Assembly (NCBI GenBank): GCA_963718615.1
Contig: OY970368.1
Location: 3,456,001 to 3,520,000, forward strand
DNA length: 64,000 nucleotides
Source: an uncultured cyanobacterium
Lineage (GTDB): Bacteria; Cyanobacteriota; Cyanobacteriia; PCC-9006; JAAUQQ01
Reading direction: 5' to 3'
This document shows positions 1-10,233 of the stretch, piece by piece. The notes beneath the pieces were generated by a model. That model had not been told where the DNA came from, searched no databases, and worked only from the letters and a program-made list of their open reading frames with translations. A program made the translations under genes and the position numbers. How positions within the stretch are numbered: the first letter of the stretch is position 1; every line of letters starts with the position of its first letter.

Positions 1-654
1 GACATGCGATCGCCCCTGATGACCATGAAGCTGGCGATCGAAATGCTGCAAATCAAACCCGATTCCCCCCAACGAGAGCATTATCTCAACATCCTCAAAC
101 AAGAATGTCTGCGGGAAACCGAGTTGGTCGACAACCTCCTGGAACTGCAGCAGTTGGAAGATCAGGGAGAGCGGCTCCAGCCCGAATCGATTGATGTCGT
201 TACGTTGCTGGGTGAGCTGGCCCAACGGTTTCAGCTACGAGCGGATTCTGCTCAGCAGCGCCTAGCCCTGCGCGTTGCTGAAGACTTGCCTCCCCTCTGG
301 TCCAATCGCCAAAAATTAGAACGACTGCTGGCAGAGCTGGTCAACAATGCCTGTAAATACACCCCTGAGGGCGGCACGATCGAGCTGGTGGCTCAAACCG
401 TGGGCCTGGGGAAACCGCGTCTGAGTTTGCAGGTGCGCAATTCAGCGCCGATTCCGCCCCAGGCGCTGCCTCGGCTGTTTGAGAAGTTTTATCGCGTGCC
501 CGAGGGCGATCGCCGCAAACAAGGGGGCAGCGGTTTGGGGCTGGCGCTGGTGCAGCGTCTGGTGCGCTTACTTCAAGGTAAAATTTCCGTCACGAGCAAC
601 GAAACCTGGACGACCTTCACCGTCGAATTACCCCTTCAGCTTCGTCTGTCTTAG
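1..654 (+). CDS. Sensor histidine kinase, C-terminal part (HisKA + HATPase_c); gene starts upstream of window
   Basis: DMRSPL H-box tail, N-box ELVNNACKY, F-box LFEKFYR, G2 GGSGLGL. Confidence 0.9.
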   Translation, partial: DMRSPLMTMKLAIEMLQIKPDSPQREHYLNILKQECLRETELVDNLLELQQLEDQGERLQPESIDVVTLLGELAQRFQLRADSAQQRLALRVAEDLPPLWSNRQKLERLLAELVNNACKYTPEGGTIELVAQTVGLGKPRLSLQVRNSAPIPPQALPRLFEKFYRVPEGDRRKQGGSGLGLALVQRLVRLLQGKISVTSNETWTTFTVELPLQLRLS

Positions 655-711
655 TTTGTCTCGGCTGTGTTTTTGCCGTATTTCTGCCGTGTTTCTGCAT
701 AGAAGGTACCT

Positions 712-1617
712 GTGTTGACCCGTCTTCAATATCTCATTCGCGAAACCTGGATTGGGTTGCGGCGAGGGGGCTGGATGAATTGGGCTGCGATCAGTACGGT
801 CACAGTCCTCTTATTTTTGCTGGGGTTAGGGCTGCAAACCACTTGGCAAATCGAACGCCTCGTCAATCAATTTGGCAGTCAGCTCGAAGTCAGCGCCTTT
901 CTCAAAAGCGGCGTGGAAGCCAGTCGCTTGACCCCCTATGTCCGTCAATTTTCGGGGGTAACAGCCTTGGAAACCATCTCCAAGGAAACCGCCTGGGCCG
1001 ACATGGTCCAGGAGTTGGGGCTCAAGGATGTCCAGGGCGCAACGGAACAGCTCAATGGTAATCCGCTGGTGGATGAGATTCGGGTAAAGGCGCGATCGCC
1101 CGAAGCCCTACCTAAACTGGTCGAACAACTGCGGGACCTCAACGGGGTTGATGAGGTTCAATACCTGCCCGAAGTCCTCCAGCGTTTGCGACAGCTTAAC
1201 CAAGGGCTCAATTGGCTGGGTCTAGGGGTCGTTTCCTTACTCACCCTCACCGCCCTGGCGGTCATCACCACCACCATTCGTCTGATTGTGGTTGCCCGTC
1301 GCCGAGAAATTGAAATTATGCAGCTCGTGGGAGCCACCTCCCTCTGGATCGCGTTGCCGTTTATTTTGCAAGGGCTCCTGTTTGGGCTCTGCGGTGGGGC
1401 GATCGGCTGGGGACTGATCCAGCTTGCCCAACATTTTCTGCTGCAACAGGTCAGCGACCAACCTGAATTTATTCAAACCCTTGTGGGGGGGCTCCAGCTC
1501 GATCCCCAACAGCACTTCCGTTTGCCCTTGATTCTCTTGGGCTTTGGCGGCGGGGTTGGGGTTGTGGGCAGCCTCTTTGCGGTCGGCCAAGTCTCGGCCC
1601 AGCGCCAATCGGCCTGA
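712..1617 (+). CDS. ftsX: Cell division permease FtsX
   Basis: LRRGGWMNWAAISTV N-terminus; TIRL..ARRREIEIMQLVGAT motif; 4-TM layout. Confidence 0.9.
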   Translation: MLTRLQYLIRETWIGLRRGGWMNWAAISTVTVLLFLLGLGLQTTWQIERLVNQFGSQLEVSAFLKSGVEASRLTPYVRQFSGVTALETISKETAWADMVQELGLKDVQGATEQLNGNPLVDEIRVKARSPEALPKLVEQLRDLNGVDEVQYLPEVLQRLRQLNQGLNWLGLGVVSLLTLTALAVITTTIRLIVVARRREIEIMQLVGATSLWIALPFILQGLLFGLCGGAIGWGLIQLAQHFLLQQVSDQPEFIQTLVGGLQLDPQQHFRLPLILLGFGGGVGVVGSLFAVGQVSAQRQSA

Positions 1618-1987
1618 GCCCTAACACAAATTCCCCTTCCCGATAGAGCCCTTTTCCCAATAGAGCCCTGGTTTATAGCGCAACTGCTCCATCGTCGCGT
1701 TGCGTAGAACCATTGAACTTTTGAGCTTAAAATCACGCCCTCATTCTCTCAGCCCTGCGTACGTCCGGAGATCCGACGCAACCTACCCAGAAGGGCTGTT
1801 CCCCCTAGAAATTGAAGTTGCTTAGACACCATTGGCATGACCCCGTTGTAGCAATTCAGACTAGTGAACATCATGACGCTAAATCAACCGGTGTTCGCTC
1901 TGTTTACCGCTTTCCGGCAGAGCAGAGCGGCAGTCGCTGGGGGCTCATCTCAGGGCCCATTGTTTTAGCGTTATTAGGAAACAAAAC

Positions 1988-2224
1988 ATGGGAACACGTG
2001 CAAATCCGGATAATCACCACACCCGTTTCAAAGGTCGGGGTCTTGGAACTCGCCATAAACAAGCGCCTTTGAGCGTTTTGGTTCATCATGAGATGGACCA
2101 GTATGTGCGAGCTAAACCCAGTAAGTCTGACTGGCTGCGGGAGGCCATCTCCGAAAAAATTGAGCGAGAAGGCTGGATCCTTGAAAATGACCACTTGGTG
2201 GAAGTGATGAAACGCTGCGGCTAG
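1988..2224 (+). CDS. Small hypothetical protein, possibly ribbon-helix-helix-like DNA-binding
   Basis: 78 aa, AGGA RBS upstream, PLSVLV..EMDQYV..KSDWLREAISEKI pattern, terminator downstream. Confidence 0.55.
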   Translation: MGTRANPDNHHTRFKGRGLGTRHKQAPLSVLVHHEMDQYVRAKPSKSDWLREAISEKIEREGWILENDHLVEVMKRCG

Positions 2225-2266
2225 GTCGAGTTGCAAGAGACTCTTTCTTCTTTGAAAAGATTCAGT

Positions 2267-2318
2267 CCCTAAACCCCGCTGGGTGATGTACACCGGCAGG
2301 GAGTTTAGGGGCTTTTTT
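2267..2318 (+). terminator. Long hairpin plus T-tract
   Basis: CCCTAAAC...GTTTAGGG stem followed by TTTTTT. Confidence 0.55.
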
Positions 2319-2482
2319 CTTGCGTTTCTGACTGAGCAGCAGGTTATAAAAATGGGCATTCTGAAGAAGGTAGTCAGGGAATTGTCATCGATATAGCACT
2401 AACACTGCATTGCTAGGGCCTGCAACAGGGTGCTTGAACCCTAAGGACGGACTAACTCCATTACGTTCCCTCTGCTTCTCCT

Positions 2483-2911
2483 ATGTCTAAACCGACGATT
2501 CTCTGCGTAGATGACGAGTCCATTATTCTGAGTAGTCTCAAGCGTCAGCTCAAGCAAGCGTTTCGAGACCAATATCTTTACGAAAGCGCCGAAAGCGCTG
2601 ACGAAGCCCTAGAAATTATTGAAGAGTTAGAAGAAGAGGGAGCCCACGTTATTGTCATTGTTTCTGACTGGCTGATGCCCGGAATGAAAGGGGATGAGTT
2701 TTTGTCGTTGGTGCATCAGCAGTTTCCCCATGTGCTCAAAATTTTGCTAACGGGTCAGGCGGATGATGCCGCCATTAGCCGCGCCCGCAGTGAGGCCGAA
2801 CTCCACCAATGTCTAGCTAAGCCTTGGGATGCTCAAGAGTTAATTGATTCTATTCAGTCCGGTTTAGCCCACCTAGAAGCAGGCAACCTGCTGCCTATCG
2901 AGCCGGGATAG
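2483..2911 (+). CDS. Single-domain response regulator (receiver)
   Basis: LCVDDE, IVSDWLMPGMKG, LLTG, KPW motifs. Confidence 0.9.
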   Translation: MSKPTILCVDDESIILSSLKRQLKQAFRDQYLYESAESADEALEIIEELEEEGAHVIVIVSDWLMPGMKGDEFLSLVHQQFPHVLKILLTGQADDAAISRARSEAELHQCLAKPWDAQELIDSIQSGLAHLEAGNLLPIEPG

Positions 2912-2969
2912 GCGATCGCCCACGACAAAGTCCCGTCCACCGTTAAGATTCCTCATCCTGACTCTAGCT

Positions 2970-5816
2970 GTGCTATTGCCCCACGCTCCTGCGCCCATTT
3001 TCAAAGTTGGCATTCTGCATTCCCAAACGGGGTCGATGGCGGTGAGCGAGATGCCGCTGATTGATGCCGCGCTGATGGCGATCGAAGAAATCAATCAGGC
3101 CGGTGGAATTTTGCATCGTCCGATTCATCCGGTGATCGGCAACGGTGCGTCTTCTCCAACGGGATTTACAGCTCAAGCCCGTTATCTTATGCATGAACAG
3201 CGTGTGACTACGCTATTTGGTTGCTGGAGCTCGGATACTCGCAAAGCGCTTCTGCCCCTGTTGGAGGAGGCGAATGGGCTCCTCTGGTATCCCCTACAGC
3301 ATGAAGGTTTGGAGGCCTCGCGCAATATTTTTTATACGGGGTCCTGTCCTAACCAGAAAATTGAACCTGCGGTGGATTGGTTTACTCAACATCGGGGGAG
3401 CCAGTTTTATTTGCTAGGCTCCGATGACGTTTTCCCCCGGACAATTCATAAAATTATTCGCTCTCGGTTGGTTCAACAGGGGGGGCGGGTGGTGGGCGAT
3501 CGCTATCTGCCTGTGGGAACCCTCGATTTTCAAGACATCATCGAGGAGATCCAGCGGAGCAAGCCCGCTGTGGTTTTTAATACCCTCAGCGGCGAGAGCA
3601 ACCTTGCCTTCTATCGACAGTTCTATGAAGCGGGTATCACCGCCGAGAAGTTGCCGATTCTCTCCGTCAATTTTTCGGAAACGGACCTCAATTTTCTGGG
3701 GGCAGCGGCGATCGGTCACTACGCCGTTTGGAACTATTTTCAAAGTTTAGAGACCTCGGCCAATCAAGCCTTTGTTCAGCGGTTCAAGGCTCGGCACGGT
3801 CTGGCACGGGTGACGTCGGATCCGATTGAAACCGCCTACAGCCAGGTGTATCTCTGGAAGGAAGCGGTGGAGGCAGCTCAGTCCTTTGATGTGGATGAAG
3901 TGCGGGTGGCAGCCTACGGGGAAAGCTTTGCTGGGCCAGGGGGAGTCTTAACCCTAGAACCGAACCACCATGCCTGGAAATATTGTCGAATTGGCTGTGT
4001 ACAGCCGGATGGACAGTTCAAAATCGTCTATAACAGCCCGGACCCGATTAAACCGTTGCCCTGGTTAGGGGTTGAAGAAAGCGAATTTAGCGGTGCCGCA
4101 GCGGTCATTGACATGCTGGCAGAGGTCAGCCAAACGGTTCAAAAAAACTGGGTGATTGAGCAAAAATCCAAGATTTTGGAGGAAACGACCCGCCTCCTGG
4201 AGGCCGAAATTACCGAGCGACAGCGGGCGGAGCAGGAGGTGCGGCTGTTGTTATCCATCAGTCAGGTGATTAATCAAGCCCCCAATCTAGAGAGTGCGCT
4301 CAAATGTGCGCTGCAACAGCTTTGTCAGGTCACGGGTTGGCCCTACGGCGAACTGTGGTGGCCCAATGCCGCTGTCACCCAGCTCAAATGCAGCCCCATC
4401 TGGCATTTGGAAGAGAACCGCCTCACACCGGAACAGGGGGGAGCACTCAAGCAATTTCGCTGTTATACCGAACAGACCACCTTTGAAATCGATGAGGGCT
4501 TTTTGGGGCAGGTCTGGCAAACCGGACGAGCCCGCTGGAGTCGTCAATTTGGCCTGTACGGAGCCGTGGGAGTGCCAATTTTGAGCCCTCAGGCGGTGGG
4601 CCTGATGGGGGAGGGGGAGACCGAGGCGATCGCCTCCAGCACCGGCAAGCCCAAAGTCTTGGCGATTCTGGTGTTTTTGCTGCCAGAACTACGGGAGCAA
4701 AGCAAACGTTTGATCAAGCTCATCTCAGCGGTGGCCGCCCAACTGGGAACCGTCGTTCAGCAGAAAAAAGCCGAAGAAGCCCTGCGCCACAAAAACGAGC
4801 AGCTCGCCAAAACCCTACGGCAGCTCAAGGCCACCCAGAACGAACTGGTTTTATCTGAAAAAATGGCAGCCCTAGGTCAGTTAGTGGCGGGCGTGGCCCA
4901 TGAAATCAACACACCGCTGGGCGCGATTTGTTCATCCGTAGAGTACATCAGTGACTTTCTGGCTCAGGACCTAGAGAAACTGCCGGATTTCTTTCACGCC
5001 CTCTCGGATCAACGTCGTCAACTGTTTATTGAACTAATTCAAAAACTACGCCGCCCCGAACCCTTTTTATCCAACCGAGAACGGCGACAGGTGCGTCGCA
5101 AGCTGACGAAGAAATTGGAGGATCAAGGCATTGCGGAGGCCCATGGTTTAGCCGATTTGCTGATTGATTTGGGAATTTATGAGCAACCGGATTTGTTTCT
5201 GCCCATTTTGCAGGAAGAGGCGGATGGCCAAGAGTTTTTGGAGATGATGCAATGTATCTTGGGGCTTTACGGCAGCTCTCGGGATATTGCCCTCGCCGCT
5301 GAACGGGCCTCGAAGGTGGTGTTTGCGCTCAAAACCTACTCCCACTACGATCACACCGGCACCCAAATTGAAGTCAATGTTTTGGATGGACTGGAAGCAG
5401 TGCTGACGCTCTATCAAAATAAGTTCAAAAGCGGGGTAGAGCTAGTGCGTAACTATGGCGATGATTTGCCAATGCTGCTGTGCTATCCCGACGAACTCAC
5501 TCAAGTTTGGACCAATTTAATTCACAATGCGCTGCAGGCGATGAATGGCAAAGGTCGGTTGCTTTTAGAAGTCCGCAATTTGAGGCATGCGATCGAAGTC
5601 TGCGTCACAGATTCGGGCTGTGGGATTCCGGAAGAAGTCCGTCAGCATATTTTCAAACCCTTTTTCACGACTAAACCCCCTGGCGAAGGCAGCGGTTTAG
5701 GGCTCGATATTGTGCGAAAAATCATCGAGAAACATTGTGGGACGATCGCCATTGATTCGATTCCTGGACGCACGACCTTTGCGGTGACGTTGCCCCTTAC
5801 TGCTGAGCAAATTTAA
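2970..5816 (+). CDS. Histidine kinase with N-terminal UrtA/AmiC-like ligand-binding domain and GAF domain
   Basis: KVGILHSQTGSMAVSE, FGCWSSDTRK, WYPLQHEGLE (UrtA family); GAF-like middle; AGVAHEINTPL H-box; PFFTTKPPGEGSGLGL. Confidence 0.88.
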   Translation: MLLPHAPAPIFKVGILHSQTGSMAVSEMPLIDAALMAIEEINQAGGILHRPIHPVIGNGASSPTGFTAQARYLMHEQRVTTLFGCWSSDTRKALLPLLEEANGLLWYPLQHEGLEASRNIFYTGSCPNQKIEPAVDWFTQHRGSQFYLLGSDDVFPRTIHKIIRSRLVQQGGRVVGDRYLPVGTLDFQDIIEEIQRSKPAVVFNTLSGESNLAFYRQFYEAGITAEKLPILSVNFSETDLNFLGAAAIGHYAVWNYFQSLETSANQAFVQRFKARHGLARVTSDPIETAYSQVYLWKEAVEAAQSFDVDEVRVAAYGESFAGPGGVLTLEPNHHAWKYCRIGCVQPDGQFKIVYNSPDPIKPLPWLGVEESEFSGAAAVIDMLAEVSQTVQKNWVIEQKSKILEETTRLLEAEITERQRAEQEVRLLLSISQVINQAPNLESALKCALQQLCQVTGWPYGELWWPNAAVTQLKCSPIWHLEENRLTPEQGGALKQFRCYTEQTTFEIDEGFLGQVWQTGRARWSRQFGLYGAVGVPILSPQAVGLMGEGETEAIASSTGKPKVLAILVFLLPELREQSKRLIKLISAVAAQLGTVVQQKKAEEALRHKNEQLAKTLRQLKATQNELVLSEKMAALGQLVAGVAHEINTPLGAICSSVEYISDFLAQDLEKLPDFFHALSDQRRQLFIELIQKLRRPEPFLSNRERRQVRRKLTKKLEDQGIAEAHGLADLLIDLGIYEQPDLFLPILQEEADGQEFLEMMQCILGLYGSSRDIALAAERASKVVFALKTYSHYDHTGTQIEVNVLDGLEAVLTLYQNKFKSGVELVRNYGDDLPMLLCYPDELTQVWTNLIHNALQAMNGKGRLLLEVRNLRHAIEVCVTDSGCGIPEEVRQHIFKPFFTTKPPGEGSGLGLDIVRKIIEKHCGTIAIDSIPGRTTFAVTLPLTAEQI

Positions 5817-5841
5817 TGGGTCATGGGTAATGGGGGCAATT

Positions 5842-6756
5842 TTAATGAACGGGTAGAACGGGTCGTGTCTGGCGGGTGATTTCTAGATAAACATGCTCTA
5901 GGCGTACTGGGTGGAGCGCTGCCCCATCTAAGGGGATGCCCTCAAAGGCGTCGAGCAGCGATCGCAAATTCATCGCCTGAGGTAACCACAGCCCCACGTC
6001 GCTCCCATACTTTCGGGTCGTATATCCCAACGCCTGGGCGCGGGCGATCGCCTGCCTCGGCTGAGTTGTTTCAAGGACTGCAATTTGCTCCGCCTTCACC
6101 CAGCGCCGCAGTTCTGCCTGAGTGCCCTCGGCTAAGAGCTTGCCTTGACGAATCATGCCAATCCGCTGACAGAGCCGTTCGGCCTCTTCGAGCAGGTGAG
6201 TAGTGAGCAGCACGGTGACCCCTTCCCCTTGGAGTTGACGAATCAGTTCCCAAATTTCGTAGCGGGCTTCGATGTCAAGGCCGGTGGTGGGTTCATCCAG
6301 GATGACGAGCTTGGGATGGTGGATGAGGGCGATCGCCATACTCAACCGCCGCTGCATTCCCCCACTCAGGGTTTCGGCGGGACTGTGCGCTCGGTCTAGC
6401 AACTGGACCCGTGCCAGACAGCGTTCCACCCGCTCTCGCCGTACCGCACGGGAGAGACCATAGATCTGGCCAAAAAAGTTTAGGTTTTCGGCACAACTCA
6501 AGCTGGGATAAAGCAAGTTTTCCTGGGGTGCGACGCCGACCAGAGACTTCGTCCGATGGGAGGCCGGTTGTCCTGCAATCGAGACGCTCCCGCCATCGGG
6601 TTGCAGCAAATTACAAATCAAATTAATCGTCGTACTTTTGCCCGCCCCGTTGGGACCCAAAAGACCATAGACCTGGCCCGGTGGAATTTGCAAGGTGAGC
6701 TGGTCGAGGGCGAGGCGATCGCCATATTTCTTGGTCAGGTTCTTAATCCGCAGCAT
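5842..6756 (-). CDS. ABC-2 type transporter ATP-binding protein
   Basis: GPNGAGKST, LSGGMQRR, ILDEPT. Confidence 0.92.
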   Translation of the reverse strand: MLRIKNLTKKYGDRLALDQLTLQIPPGQVYGLLGPNGAGKSTTINLICNLLQPDGGSVSIAGQPASHRTKSLVGVAPQENLLYPSLSCAENLNFFGQIYGLSRAVRRERVERCLARVQLLDRAHSPAETLSGGMQRRLSMAIALIHHPKLVILDEPTTGLDIEARYEIWELIRQLQGEGVTVLLTTHLLEEAERLCQRIGMIRQGKLLAEGTQAELRRWVKAEQIAVLETTQPRQAIARAQALGYTTRKYGSDVGLWLPQAMNLRSLLDAFEGIPLDGAALHPVRLEHVYLEITRQTRPVLPVH

Positions 6757-6759
6757 CCT

Positions 6760-7530
6760 CTACAGCCTCCGTTCTACCTGCAACATCCGACGATAGGACA
6801 ACCAACCCATGAGGGTGACCCCCAGGGCAAAGATCGCCAGAAAGCTAAAGTGGTCGCTAATTTCGCTCAGGGTTTTGCCCTCAGCAACCGTCCCTGAAAG
6901 GGCTTCATTCATGTGGTAAACGGGATTAAACCGGGCCAAGTCGATTAAGACCTGGGGAAAAAACTGCGCGGGCAAAAAGACACCGCCCAGAATCAAGAGC
7001 GGTACGCCAAAGGCCGCCACCAGCGCATTAACATCCTCGGTGCGGCGAGCAAACTGGGTCCCCAAAATAAAGCCGACCCCCACATAGGCCATGACGCTGA
7101 GAAAGATAATCAGCGCCCCCAAAATTAATTCTTGGAATTCGGCCCCGGAGAAGAGGGCGATCGCCACCACAATCAGCGTCTGCCCCAAGGCAATAAAGCC
7201 ATGGGCAACAAAAATCCCGAGGAAATAGGACAACCCGCTCAAGGGCGACATAAACAGCCGCTTCAGCGTGCGCTGCTCCCGCTCCGCCACCACCGTGGCT
7301 ACGCTGCCCCCCAGACAGCTAAAAAACAGTGCCGCTCCCACGAGGGCACCCGGAGCCGCCGATTCATAGGCCTGAGCCGTTGGGATATGAGCCCGCTCCG
7401 CCAAAATCAGGCTATTCAAATACAAAATCGTTGCGGGAAAAATGGCCCAAAACAGCAAGCTGCGGCGACGACGCACCAGCTCGGTCAAAATTCGCTGGGC
7501 AACAGCCCAGGTTTCCTGCCAATAGCGCAT
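6760..7530 (-). CDS. ABC-2 type transporter permease
   Basis: 6 TM segments, EREQRTLKRL motif, adjacent to ATPase gene. Confidence 0.88.
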   Translation of the reverse strand: MRYWQETWAVAQRILTELVRRRRSLLFWAIFPATILYLNSLILAERAHIPTAQAYESAAPGALVGAALFFSCLGGSVATVVAEREQRTLKRLFMSPLSGLSYFLGIFVAHGFIALGQTLIVVAIALFSGAEFQELILGALIIFLSVMAYVGVGFILGTQFARRTEDVNALVAAFGVPLLILGGVFLPAQFFPQVLIDLARFNPVYHMNEALSGTVAEGKTLSEISDHFSFLAIFALGVTLMGWLSYRRMLQVERRL

Positions 7531-7760
7531 GAAAGTTGGAAAGCGGCTTTAGGAAGCGGCAAAAGATGGGTAAAAAACCTACCTCCTGAATTTACCCTCA
7601 CGGAGGATTTTCGTAACCGGGGCCAATGACCTTGATTGGACTTGATCAGGCCCGATTGGTCTTGATTTGCAGATTTCCCGAGCCGATTCCGCCAGAGACC
7701 ACGCTCCCCTATGATGGTTTCGCAGTTGATCACGCTGTTGATGCAAGAGGAGCGATCGCC

Positions 7761-8462
7761 ATGTCCGACCCCGTTACGCTAATGAAACAAGAAGTGGGCC
7801 GTGCCGCCGCTCAGCGGGTTCAGTCCAATTCCATTGTGGGTCTTGGGACTGGATCCACTACAGCCTATGCCATCCAGTACATCGGCGAACGCCTTCAGTC
7901 GGGCGAAATTGAAAATATCAAGGGGATTCCCACCTCATTCCAAGCTCGGGTGCTGGCCAAACAGTACGGCATTCCGCTGACAACCCTGGATGAAGTGGAT
8001 CACATGGATGTGGCGATCGACGGCGCTGACGAAGTTGATCCCCAGAAAAACCTGATCAAGGGCGGTGGCGCGGCCCATACCCAGGAAAAGATCGTCGATT
8101 CCCTCGCAGATTTGTTTATCGTGGTGGTGGATAGCGGCAAACTCGTGGACCATTTAGGTTCAACCTTCCTGTTGCCGGTGGAAGTCCTGCCCATGGCCAT
8201 GACGCCGGTGACCCAAGCCCTAGCAAAGCTCGGTGGCAAACCGCAATTGCGCATGGGGGTCAAAAAGGCTGGTCCGGTGGTCAGCGACCAAGGCAATTTA
8301 ATTATTGATGTGAAATTCGACAGCATTCCGGATCCGGCGGGTCTGGAAAAGGAAATCAACAATATTCCTGGTGTGCTGGAGAACGGTCTCTTCGTTGGCG
8401 TGGCAGATGTCATTCTGATTGGCGAAGTCAAGGACGGTCAACCCAGCGTTCGTGAGCTCTAG
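7761..8462 (+). CDS. rpiA: Ribose-5-phosphate isomerase A
   Basis: [28 protein letters not shown]; start placed at ATG 7761 after GAGGAG. Confidence 0.96.
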   Translation: MSDPVTLMKQEVGRAAAQRVQSNSIVGLGTGSTTAYAIQYIGERLQSGEIENIKGIPTSFQARVLAKQYGIPLTTLDEVDHMDVAIDGADEVDPQKNLIKGGGAAHTQEKIVDSLADLFIVVVDSGKLVDHLGSTFLLPVEVLPMAMTPVTQALAKLGGKPQLRMGVKKAGPVVSDQGNLIIDVKFDSIPDPAGLEKEINNIPGVLENGLFVGVADVILIGEVKDGQPSVREL

Positions 8463-8665
8463 AGAACCGGTTCATGGGACTGATTAGCTGTGCTTATGTC
8501 CCACTCACTGAAAAACGTAAAGTTTTATAACGGGTTTTCGGTATTTCCAGTTACAATCTGACTGGGAATTGAATCGACTAATACAGAAATTCAAAGGTAA
8601 GTTGGGATCTTACCTAGGGATTTTCCGAAATTGAGAAACCACAACATTAGCAATTTTGTTAATGG

Positions 8666-8701
8666 AAGAGAGTCAGCCCTGCCACGGCTGGCTCTCTTTT
8701 T
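8666..8701 (+). terminator. Rho-independent terminator-like hairpin
   Basis: AAGAGAGTCAGCC-loop-GGCTGGCTCTCTT then T-run. Confidence 0.6.
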
Positions 8702-8778
8702 GTCGCCCGCTCCAGATTGGGTCAAAATGGTCAGCAAAGCCTGAACTCAAGAATCTGAATCTACAAGGTCTAAACCCT

Positions 8779-9624
8779 ATGACAGCGCCCAGCGAACTGG
8801 AAACCGTCACGGTCCCTGGGGAGACCGAGCAAAACGCGATCGCCACCTCTCTAGCTCCGGCAGCGAATCAGGCCTCGGACCGGGCATCAGGTCTGGACTG
8901 GAACGAAGCCCCAGGAGATGTGGAAATGTCCCTCTTCGACCACCTCGAAGAATTGCGGATGCGGATTTTCTATTCCCTAGGGGGGGTAATGATTGGGGTG
9001 GTCGGGTGCTTTTTTGCGGTCAAGCCGATCGTTCGGTTTCTCCAAGTCCCCGCAGGGAGCGCCCATTTTGTCCAGCTATCCCCTGGCGAGTTCTTTTTTG
9101 TGTCGCTCAAGGTGGCGGCCTACAGCGGTTTAGTGCTGGCCAGTCCCTGGGTCCTCTATCAGATTGTCCAGTTTGTCCTGCCGGGGCTAACCCGCCAAGA
9201 GCGGCGTTTGCTGGCTCCGGCGGTTTTGGGCTCAACGGTTCTGTTTGTCCTGGGTCTAGCCTTTTCCTACTACGCTTTGATTCCCGCTGCGCTCAAGTTT
9301 TTTGTCAACTATGGTGCGGATGTCGTTGAGCAGCAGTGGTCGATTGAGCGTTACTTTGAGTTTATTTTGCTGCTGATGTTTAGTACGGGGCTGGCGTTTC
9401 AAATTCCGGTTTTGCAAATGATCTTGGGGTCACTGAACCTAGTCACGGCCAAGCAGATGCTTGCGGCCTGGCGCTATGTGGTTTTGGGCGCAGCGGTACT
9501 GGGGGCGGTGCTGACCCCTTCGGCGGATCCTTTTACCCAATGTTTGCTGGCCGGGGCGGTGACGGGGTTATATTTCGGGGGGATTGGCATGGTGGCCCTG
9601 ATTAAGCGTCCGCTCAGGGCTTAG
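8779..9624 (+). CDS. tatC: Twin-arginine translocase subunit TatC
   Basis: EMSLFDHLEELRMR, FVLPGL..ERR, FQIPV, LTPSADP. Confidence 0.95.
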   Translation: MTAPSELETVTVPGETEQNAIATSLAPAANQASDRASGLDWNEAPGDVEMSLFDHLEELRMRIFYSLGGVMIGVVGCFFAVKPIVRFLQVPAGSAHFVQLSPGEFFFVSLKVAAYSGLVLASPWVLYQIVQFVLPGLTRQERRLLAPAVLGSTVLFVLGLAFSYYALIPAALKFFVNYGADVVEQQWSIERYFEFILLLMFSTGLAFQIPVLQMILGSLNLVTAKQMLAAWRYVVLGAAVLGAVLTPSADPFTQCLLAGAVTGLYFGGIGMVALIKRPLRA

Positions 9625-9640
9625 AAACCTTTACAAATCT

Positions 9641-9961
9641 TTAAGGATCCAGCATCCATTCCGAGGCGCGATCGCCCAAATCCAAATTCAGCGGAATGCT
9701 AATGGCCTTGCCCACACGGGGGCGGCTTTTTTCCTGGGCGATCGCCCCCTGCAACTGCTCGACCGCCCCCAGCGCCTGCAAATAGCTTCCCACCTCTTGC
9801 AGATGCTCCAAGTACTGTTCCGGTGTCATGGGAAACGAAGCCTGCTCCAAATAGCGCCACATAATCAGCACAAAAATCTTGCCCTGGGTCCGTCGCAGTT
9901 GCACATCGTAGGAGCGACCCCATTTGGCCTGTAGCATTGCTTGAAACGCTTGTCCGGTCAT
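9641..9961 (-). CDS. DUF3067 family protein
   Basis: KWGRSYDVQL...MWRYLEQASFP...RPRVGKAISIPL; lies divergent to petC. Confidence 0.85.
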   Translation of the reverse strand: MTGQAFQAMLQAKWGRSYDVQLRRTQGKIFVLIMWRYLEQASFPMTPEQYLEHLQEVGSYLQALGAVEQLQGAIAQEKSRPRVGKAISIPLNLDLGDRASEWMLDP

Positions 9962-10233
9962 GGCTCTTTTCTCAATGGTCAGCTCTCAATCGTCAGCGGC
10001 TTCGCCCCACTGCCTCACCCTGGGAAAATAATGTAAAGAAATGTTTCTTAGCCAGGGTGAAGCGGGGGGAGACCTACGGTGTAATAATACTTAAGGCCAG
10101 TTTGTAGCCTTCATTCGGACCATTCCTTAGGAGTTTAGAGGGAATCTTAGAGGAAGTTCGGAGGTTAGAGCTAGCGCTGTTGGTACCTGTCCCTCTGACC
10201 CATCCCTTCGCAGGACATTACATCACTGTAGAT

